Assembly: GCA_965248925.1 (NCBI GenBank)
Contig: CBDFLE010000006.1
Location: forward strand, 4,096,001 to 4,160,000
Origin: Candidatus Multivoradales bacterium
Lineage (GTDB): Bacteria; Acidobacteriota; Thermoanaerobaculia; Multivoradales; J023
Direction: 5' to 3'
Length of the DNA: 64,000 bases
Of the stretch, positions 57,728 to 64,000 are shown one piece after another. The position numbers and the translations under genes were made by a program. The notes below the pieces were generated by a model. The model was given only the letters and a program-made list of their open reading frames with translations, was not told the origin of the DNA and did not search any database. The stretch's first letter is position 1. Each line of letters begins with the position of its first letter.

Positions 57728-60397
57728 TCAACCCTTGCTCATCCATTCTTCGAGATCCGCCGCCAGCGACTCGCGGCCGGTCGTCTGGTAGAGCTCGACC
57801 AGCCAGCGGGCGGCCCTGAAACGAAACCGATTCGACAGCTTACCATCGCGCGACAAGACCTCGTGACAAGGGATGAGCAAATTCTCCGCCTCCTCCACCC
57901 GACCCTGGCGCAAGAAGGCTCCACCAAGGTCAGCCTTGGCAACACAGGCATTGCGCCCGTCGGCGCCGCCGCGAGAGTGACGGCTAAAGATGGCGATGGC
58001 GCCGCGAAGATGATCCTCGGCTTCGCCGGGGCGGGCCAGCTCGATCAGCGTCGCTCCCAACCCGGCCTTGAAGTAGCCCATGCGCAGATTATCCTCCCCG
58101 CCGCCGCTCAGCTGGAGTTCGATGGCGCGGCGAAAATAGCCTTCGGCCTCGGCGAAGCCTTGGTTGGAAAAAAGCACGCCACCGATGTTGTTGACTTTGG
58201 TGGCCAGCTCGGGATTCTCGGAGCCCAACAGACCTTCCTGGATACGCAGAGCGCGCTGATAGTTGGCCAGCGCCCGGACACCGTCTCCCAGATCCCGATA
58301 GAGACTTCCCAAGGTGGTCAGCGCATCGGCCACCATGGGGTGCTCTTCGCCATAGAGTTCTTGGGCCAGCTGGGCCGCCTGCCGGCCCAGCACCAGGCCC
58401 TCCTCGGCACGCCCTTCACGGCCCGCCAGGCGGGCCAGGCGGCGCAGGGCCCGCGCCGCGGTCGGATGCCGTGCCGCATCGAGGGAGTCTAGCAGCGCCA
58501 GGCTCTGGCGAAAAAGCTCCGAGGCCTCGCCGCGGTCGCCTTCGAGCTCCAGGGTTTCCCCCAAGGCCACCAAACCACTGGCGTGCTCCAAGCTCTGGGC
58601 ACCAAAATAGGCGATCGTCTCTTCGACCGCCCGACGATGTAGAACGATGCCGGCCGGACGGTTGCTACGGTCGAACTCGATATCTCCCAACAGCCGGAGG
58701 GTATCGGCGGAGCCGGCGCTCGCGGTGGCGAGAAATCCCCGCAGTGCGACTTGCGCGGTTTCGTGGGCGCCGTCCAGATCGCCCTGTACGTACTGCAAGC
58801 TCGCCAGCTCCTTTTGGGTCAGAGCGAGGCTCTCGCTGGCCGGGCCCAAAGTCTGTTCTTTGAGGATCAGCGCCTCTTCCAACGCTCCACTGGCCTGCGA
58901 AAACAGTCCCAACGCTGCTTGCACCGAGCCGATGGTATGCAGCAGGTCCGCTTTGGCGACCAGATCGTCGTCCAGACTATTGCGGATCGAACGCACGCCG
59001 GCCTCGAGAATCTCCCGAGCGGTGACATTGGCTCCCCGGGTGCGAGCCGGGTCCGCTTGCAGGAAGGCATCTTTGAGCAGGGTGCTGACCCGCTCTGCCC
59101 GGCCTTGTTGCTGACGGGCCAGATCCCGCTCCCGTGCCGCCTCCCGAGCCAGGAACAAGGAGGTGATGGCAAAGGCGAGCACCAGCGCCAGAAACGCCAC
59201 CGAGGCACCCACCGCCAGTAGGTGTCGGCGCATGAATTTGCCGATGCGGTAGCGCCAAGTCGGCGGCCTGGCGGCGATTGGCAGACCTCGACGGCAACGG
59301 TCGAGATCGTCGACCCAACGATCCACCGACCCGTAGCGGGCCGCTGGATCCGACCGCAAGGCCTTGGCCAGAACAATCTCCAGGTCCCCTGCCAGGGCTC
59401 GCCGCAGCCCCTGGACCGTCGTATTTCGGCACTCGGCTGCCGCCGCCAGCTCCGCCGAGGCGCCGCGCCGGCGGCCCGGCAGCCAGCGACCGATCGGCCA
59501 AGAGCCCGGTTCCCCGCGTGTTGCGGTAGCTTGAGAGTCGGACTGCTCCGGCGGTCGTCCACTGAGCAGTTCATCTAGGAGCACCGCCAGCGAGTAGACG
59601 TCCGAAGCCGTCGAGATAGGAGCCCCCGCCCGTTGTTCGGGGCTGGCGTAGCGCGGGGTGAGAAAGGAGTCTCGGGTCTTGGTTTGAGGATCCGCCGTAC
59701 TCCGCAAGAGCTTGGCAATGCCGAAGTCGAGGAGCTTGGGCTCGCCGTCTTCGGTGACCAGGATATTGCCTGGCTTGAGGTCTCGATGGACCACCAATCT
59801 GCGGTGGGCGAAGCTCACCGCAGAGCACACTTTGAAAAACAGCTCGAGGCGTGCCTCGATGGAGAGGCGGCGGCGGTCGCAGGCCGCGGTGATGGCCTCG
59901 CCCTCGACATAATCCATCACCAAGTAGGGCAGGCCGTCAGCCGTCGTACCGCCATCGAGGAGACGCGCGATGTTGGGGTGGTCCAGCATCGCCAGGATCT
60001 GCCGCTCCTGACGAAAACGATCGAGGGCCAGGGCGCTGTCGAGACCCAGAGGCAGGATCTTGATGGCGACTCGCTGGTCGTACTCCTGGTCCGCCCGCTC
60101 GGCCAGGTACACCACTCCCATGCCACCTCGGCCGAGCCGACTTTTCAGCCGGTAAGGACCCAGCTGCCGGTCGATCCAGGATTCGTCTTGCAGCTCCGCG
60201 AGGACGGTCGGGAGCCGCGCGGCATTCTCGGTCGGCGACAGCAACTCCAGGTCGTTGCGGAGCAGGGAATCGACTTCCCTGGCCAGCCAAGGATCTTTCT
60301 CGGCGACCTCCACGAGGCGCTCGGCGCGGCTTTCCTCGTCCGCTTCTGAAAGTTCCAGAAAGAGTTCCTTGGCTCGCTGCCAGCTTTTTTCGACCAT
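57728..60397 (-). CDS. Ser/Thr protein kinase with TM helix and C-terminal TPR repeats
   Basis: LGRGGMGVV, VAIK, HPNIARL, HRDLKPGN, DFGIAK, TPRYASPEQ, DVYSL; TM helix; TPR region. Confidence 0.95.
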   Translation of the reverse strand: MVEKSWQRAKELFLELSEADEESRAERLVEVAEKDPWLAREVDSLLRNDLELLSPTENAARLPTVLAELQDESWIDRQLGPYRLKSRLGRGGMGVVYLAERADQEYDQRVAIKILPLGLDSALALDRFRQERQILAMLDHPNIARLLDGGTTADGLPYLVMDYVEGEAITAACDRRRLSIEARLELFFKVCSAVSFAHRRLVVHRDLKPGNILVTEDGEPKLLDFGIAKLLRSTADPQTKTRDSFLTPRYASPEQRAGAPISTASDVYSLAVLLDELLSGRPPEQSDSQATATRGEPGSWPIGRWLPGRRRGASAELAAAAECRNTTVQGLRRALAGDLEIVLAKALRSDPAARYGSVDRWVDDLDRCRRGLPIAARPPTWRYRIGKFMRRHLLAVGASVAFLALVLAFAITSLFLAREAARERDLARQQQGRAERVSTLLKDAFLQADPARTRGANVTAREILEAGVRSIRNSLDDDLVAKADLLHTIGSVQAALGLFSQASGALEEALILKEQTLGPASESLALTQKELASLQYVQGDLDGAHETAQVALRGFLATASAGSADTLRLLGDIEFDRSNRPAGIVLHRRAVEETIAYFGAQSLEHASGLVALGETLELEGDRGEASELFRQSLALLDSLDAARHPTAARALRRLARLAGREGRAEEGLVLGRQAAQLAQELYGEEHPMVADALTTLGSLYRDLGDGVRALANYQRALRIQEGLLGSENPELATKVNNIGGVLFSNQGFAEAEGYFRRAIELQLSGGGEDNLRMGYFKAGLGATLIELARPGEAEDHLRGAIAIFSRHSRGGADGRNACVAKADLGGAFLRQGRVEEAENLLIPCHEVLSRDGKLSNRFRFRAARWLVELYQTTGRESLAADLEEWMSKG

Positions 60398-60590
60398 CGT
60401 GCGTCACCTTCCAAAATTTCGAATAGTTCTTGAGTTAGTATGAGACAGGGGGTTTCGCCAGCGAATGACGAATGAGGGGCTATTTCTTCTTCTCTTGTCC
60501 CATTTCCATGGGTTCTTATGCGTCAGTGACTGAGCGAGAGCTGAAACAAGGGGTCGAGAACTGATCATCAAGAGCAAAGGAGAACCAAAC

Positions 60591-61283
60591 ATGTCACGCC
60601 TCCACCATAGAACCCTTTGGCTGGCCGTCCTGATCTGGGCGTTGGCGCCGTCGAACTCTCAATCCGAGAATACCGTGCGACCCTGGGATTGCGATGTCAT
60701 GGGCTCGGATCATTACTTTCTGGACCGCTTCGCGAGCCATGAGGGCACCGTCGGCGTGGTGGAGAAAGACTCCGAGTGCCGGGCCCACTCCCCGGACGGC
60801 TGGGTAGAGATCGATCTTGCCCAACAGCCCGCCCAGGTGGTCGTTGACTTCGATATCGACCTCACGGAGCTGACGATTTCGGACCGCGAGCAGTTGCAGG
60901 TTTTTCAATTCGTCCGCTTGGACGGCAGCCCTATCGCCTCCGTCTGGATCCGCCGCCTGGGTCTTGATGACTGGGTGAATCTACAGTGGAGTGACGACCA
61001 GAGCAACGGCACGCTGCGCTACCTCGCCAAGCTACGCCGAGGTGAGCAACGGCTCAGCGTGACCTGGACCGCGACCCATCCCGAGGTCGTCGGCGGGCTC
61101 AAGCTCAGCTTGGCGGGGCAAGTGATCGCCGAGTTGAGCGGACTGATCATGGAGGACTACAGCACTCCGGTTCGAGCCCTAGTCGGCCTGATCGGCGGAG
61201 ATTCCGGGATCGAGGGCGAGCTCGTCTTCCGGCCGGTAGGCTTCTCCTGGAGGTTCGCACCGGCTTCGAGCCTTGTTCCTTAG
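60591..61283 (+). CDS. Secreted hypothetical beta-rich protein
   Basis: AGGAG RBS, signal peptide, 230 aa, followed by a terminator. Confidence 0.75.
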   Translation: MSRLHHRTLWLAVLIWALAPSNSQSENTVRPWDCDVMGSDHYFLDRFASHEGTVGVVEKDSECRAHSPDGWVEIDLAQQPAQVVVDFDIDLTELTISDREQLQVFQFVRLDGSPIASVWIRRLGLDDWVNLQWSDDQSNGTLRYLAKLRRGEQRLSVTWTATHPEVVGGLKLSLAGQVIAELSGLIMEDYSTPVRALVGLIGGDSGIEGELVFRPVGFSWRFAPASSLVP

Positions 61284-61320
61284 GGTCCTCCTCAATCTGG
61301 CCGCCGCCGGAGCGACCAGC

Positions 61321-61345
61321 AAGGCCCTTCTTCGGAGGGGCCTTT
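61321..61345 (+). terminator. Intrinsic terminator-like hairpin
   Basis: AAGGCCCTTC-TTCG-GAGGGGCCTT followed by T. Confidence 0.7.
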
Positions 61346-61497
61346 GTCGTATCTGCAGCCTGCCCGAGCGCCTCTCACCCCTCCCTGTTGTCACTTCGTG
61401 GCTGCTTTTGCGCGTCAGCTCTTAAGACGACTACCACCGCGGGGTCAGCCGGCAAGCTCGCCGAGCGACGGCGGCGCCGCGAAGAAGGAGGCTATTG

Positions 61498-64000
61498 ATG
61501 AGACTCGGAACAATTCTGCAACTACTGGCGATGATCTGCTGCCTGCTGGCGGCGCCGAGCCATGCCATGCACCCTGCCCACCCCGAGGGCTACTCACCGG
61601 AAAAGATGTATCAGTTGGGCCTGCCGGACCAGGTGGACCTGTTCGGCGGCTCGTTGTCGATACGGATCCCCATCGGCCCACTCACCCTGACCTATGGCTC
61701 CACCATCTGGACTTATGAATACGAATGGGACGAGCAGGCCAACGACCTGCGAATCGTCGTCAAGCCGAACAAGAAGAACACCGGCGGCCTGGGCTGGACT
61801 TTGGGCTGGGGCGAGGTCTACCGCCCCGGCCACTGGTACAACCCGGGCACCCAGTGGGTGTACGTCGATCAAAACGGCGGCCGGCACGTTTTCTACCAAC
61901 AGCTGCACAAGGACGAGGACGACGGCGATGCCGACGTGCTCTACACCCGGGACAGCAGCTACCTGCGACTGCGGCGCTTTCCGATCAATGGCTCCAGCAC
62001 CATCTACAAGGTCTGGATCGAGCACCCGGACGGCTCGACCCGCAGCTTCGTGGCGCCGACCGGACAGGGTGGCACCGCCTTCAACCTCACCGCCGGATGG
62101 AGCGCCTTCGCCGCCGAAGGCGACCCCGACTTCAGCGTCTCCTACGTGCGGGGCACCGGCGCCGACGGCTTGGAGGAGTGGATTCTCACCGACCGCTGGG
62201 GCCGGGTGACGAGGGTTCACTCCACTAACGAGTACACCAACCTGATCAACACCGTGACCTCCGTCGAGCTGCCGCCGGCGATCCAGGGGGGGCCGGCGAT
62301 CGTCTATGGCTTCTCCTATGTCCAGGCTTCCCACAAGCGCAGCTGCAAGGACACCCACTCCTCGACCGCGGCGACGGTCCAGGTTCCCTACCTCGAACGC
62401 ATCGACCTGCCGGACGGCACCTCCTGGAAGATGAAAGAGGGCGGCGCTCTGCTCTACGAGACTCAGTGCACTCCGACCGACGACGCGGCCGGAGTGCTCA
62501 AGGGATTGATCCTGCCCAGCGGCGCCAAGGTGGAGTGGGAATGGCAGCAAGTCAAATTCCCGGCGGTGGCCGGGGAAGAGATACAGCACAACGCCGCCGG
62601 GGTGAAATTTCGCCGGCTCTACGACAAGAACGGCCAGCTGGCGGGAGAGTGGCGTTACAAATTCAACCAGGTGATGAACGCCGGCGGCACGGACCAACAC
62701 GAGATGCGCTCGCATCTGGTGCAGCCCACCGGCGATTGCACCAAGAGCTACTACGACGCTCGATTCAAAATCTCTCCGGCGTTGAAATTGGGTTGGCGCT
62801 ACGGCCTCCCCGGGGCCTCCTCAGACACCCTCGACGTCAACGGGGAGGAGCGCTACATGGCGAAGAAGATCTTCGCCTCCAACAACGGCGACGGCTCGTG
62901 CGCCGGAACGTTGCTGCGCTCGACCTACGTCGACCATCGACGGGACGTACCGCCGACCAACGCCGACAACCCGGGAGATTGGCGAAACCTCAACCGCGGC
63001 CTCTACGCCAGCCACACCATCTACCACGACGATGGCGACCGCTGGACCGACCAAAAGAGCACTTCCTTCGATGGCCTCGGCCACTTTCGCCGGACCAAGA
63101 CCTGGGGCAACTTCTGGGGTGGCTCGAGCAACGAAGAATACCGGCAGACCTTCACCGACTACACCGACGCCATCGGCTTCTACCCGAGTTCGGGCTACGT
63201 GCCGCCGGCCGCTACCGATCCCTGGGTGCTGGGGAAGTGGTCGTACCTGGAGGTGAAAGAGCCGGACTCCCAAGGAGAGTGGCGCAGCCGAATCGAGCAG
63301 GAGGTGGACTCGGCCACCGGGGCGGTGACCTGCAGCCGCGTCCTGAAGTCGGATCTGAGCCGCTCCGCCCAAGACATCCTGGCCCGCTTCGACCGCGATT
63401 CGCTTGGCCAGGTGACCGACGCCAAGATCTACGGCGGCGACTTGCAGCCCATCCCGACCAGCGGCACCTGCGGATTCGTGGTGGCGGGTCCCGAGTACTG
63501 GACCCACCACGAGTACGAGCGGGGAGCGCGGGTGCGAACCGTGCAACGCACCAGCGCAGGAGTCGACGCCCCCTTCTTCTCCTACGACGTGGACTTGGAT
63601 CCGGAGACCGGCAAGGTACTAGTGGCGCGGGATCCTGCCGGGCAGGCGACCACCTACAGCTACGACACCCTCGGCCGATTGATTGGGGCGGCGCCGGCAG
63701 AGGGCGCTCAGGTGAGCTACGTCTACTCTTCTCCCAGCGCCAGCAGCGACGCCAGGGTGGCGACCAAGGTTCGCCTGGGTCTCAGCGTGCTGAGTGATTC
63801 GGAGAAGGTCTACGACGAATTCGGCCGTTTGAGCCTCACCCGCCGCAAGATGCCCGGAGGCTCGTGGTCGAGCCAGGAAACTCAGTACAACGCTCGGGGG
63901 TGGAAGACCTCTGTTTCGGTGCTCGGTGACGACCCCCGCAAAAGGACCCGCTACCTCGCCTTCGACGCCTTCGGCCGGCCGGGGGTGATCCGGCCGCCGC
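61498..64000 (+). CDS. Rhs/YD-repeat protein with Sec signal peptide, runs off the window
   Basis: Manual translation: GGAGG RBS, MRLGTILQLLAMICCLLAAPSHA, DQVDLFGGSLSIRIPIG, in-frame RDPAGQATTYSYDTLGRL, YDEFGRL, YNARGW, FDAFGRP. Confidence 0.88.
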   Translation, partial: MRLGTILQLLAMICCLLAAPSHAMHPAHPEGYSPEKMYQLGLPDQVDLFGGSLSIRIPIGPLTLTYGSTIWTYEYEWDEQANDLRIVVKPNKKNTGGLGWTLGWGEVYRPGHWYNPGTQWVYVDQNGGRHVFYQQLHKDEDDGDADVLYTRDSSYLRLRRFPINGSSTIYKVWIEHPDGSTRSFVAPTGQGGTAFNLTAGWSAFAAEGDPDFSVSYVRGTGADGLEEWILTDRWGRVTRVHSTNEYTNLINTVTSVELPPAIQGGPAIVYGFSYVQASHKRSCKDTHSSTAATVQVPYLERIDLPDGTSWKMKEGGALLYETQCTPTDDAAGVLKGLILPSGAKVEWEWQQVKFPAVAGEEIQHNAAGVKFRRLYDKNGQLAGEWRYKFNQVMNAGGTDQHEMRSHLVQPTGDCTKSYYDARFKISPALKLGWRYGLPGASSDTLDVNGEERYMAKKIFASNNGDGSCAGTLLRSTYVDHRRDVPPTNADNPGDWRNLNRGLYASHTIYHDDGDRWTDQKSTSFDGLGHFRRTKTWGNFWGGSSNEEYRQTFTDYTDAIGFYPSSGYVPPAATDPWVLGKWSYLEVKEPDSQGEWRSRIEQEVDSATGAVTCSRVLKSDLSRSAQDILARFDRDSLGQVTDAKIYGGDLQPIPTSGTCGFVVAGPEYWTHHEYERGARVRTVQRTSAGVDAPFFSYDVDLDPETGKVLVARDPAGQATTYSYDTLGRLIGAAPAEGAQVSYVYSSPSASSDARVATKVRLGLSVLSDSEKVYDEFGRLSLTRRKMPGGSWSSQETQYNARGWKTSVSVLGDDPRKRTRYLAFDAFGRPGVIRPP

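Overview
GC-rich bacterial window. The gene repertoire (TPR-CHAT, ECF sigma/Ser-Thr kinase pairs, carboxypeptidase-regulatory repeat proteins, IPTL-CTERM-like tail, signal-peptide Rhs) suggests Acidobacteriota/Thermoanaerobaculia, which is inference only. Left arm (1-20.5 kb): a eukaryote-type PRMT-like methyltransferase, an ABC solute-binding protein, hflK-hflC-nupC-dacB, a frameshifted DUF11/SdrD-B/C25 gingipain-like protein, a secreted Cys-repeat protein whose apparent stop is an in-frame UGA followed by a SECIS-like hairpin (candidate new selenoprotein), higBA and a TPR-CHAT protease. Centre (20.6-37.9 kb): a complete type III-B CRISPR-Cas locus. It has a 27-repeat array interrupted by an IS3-family element, a cas2-RT-cas1 adaptation module with a stand-alone reverse transcriptase, a divergent CHAT-SAVED protease, a hidden 53-aa ORF, a 2TM-CARF (Cam1-like) effector, and cas6-cmr1-cas10(no HD domain)-cmr3-4-5-6. 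It is flanked by Uma2 and an ECF sigma/anti-sigma pair. Right arm: SGNH-like, CRTAC1/ASPIC and cupredoxin genes, gene remnants, a large repeat surface protein, then a two-period tandem amplification (1433 bp and 1259 bp) giving six RTX-like small secreted protein genes plus truncated neighbours, an ECF sigma/STK pair with a recurring candidate promoter motif, and the start of an Rhs/YD protein. All calls come from reading the sequence; no searches were run.
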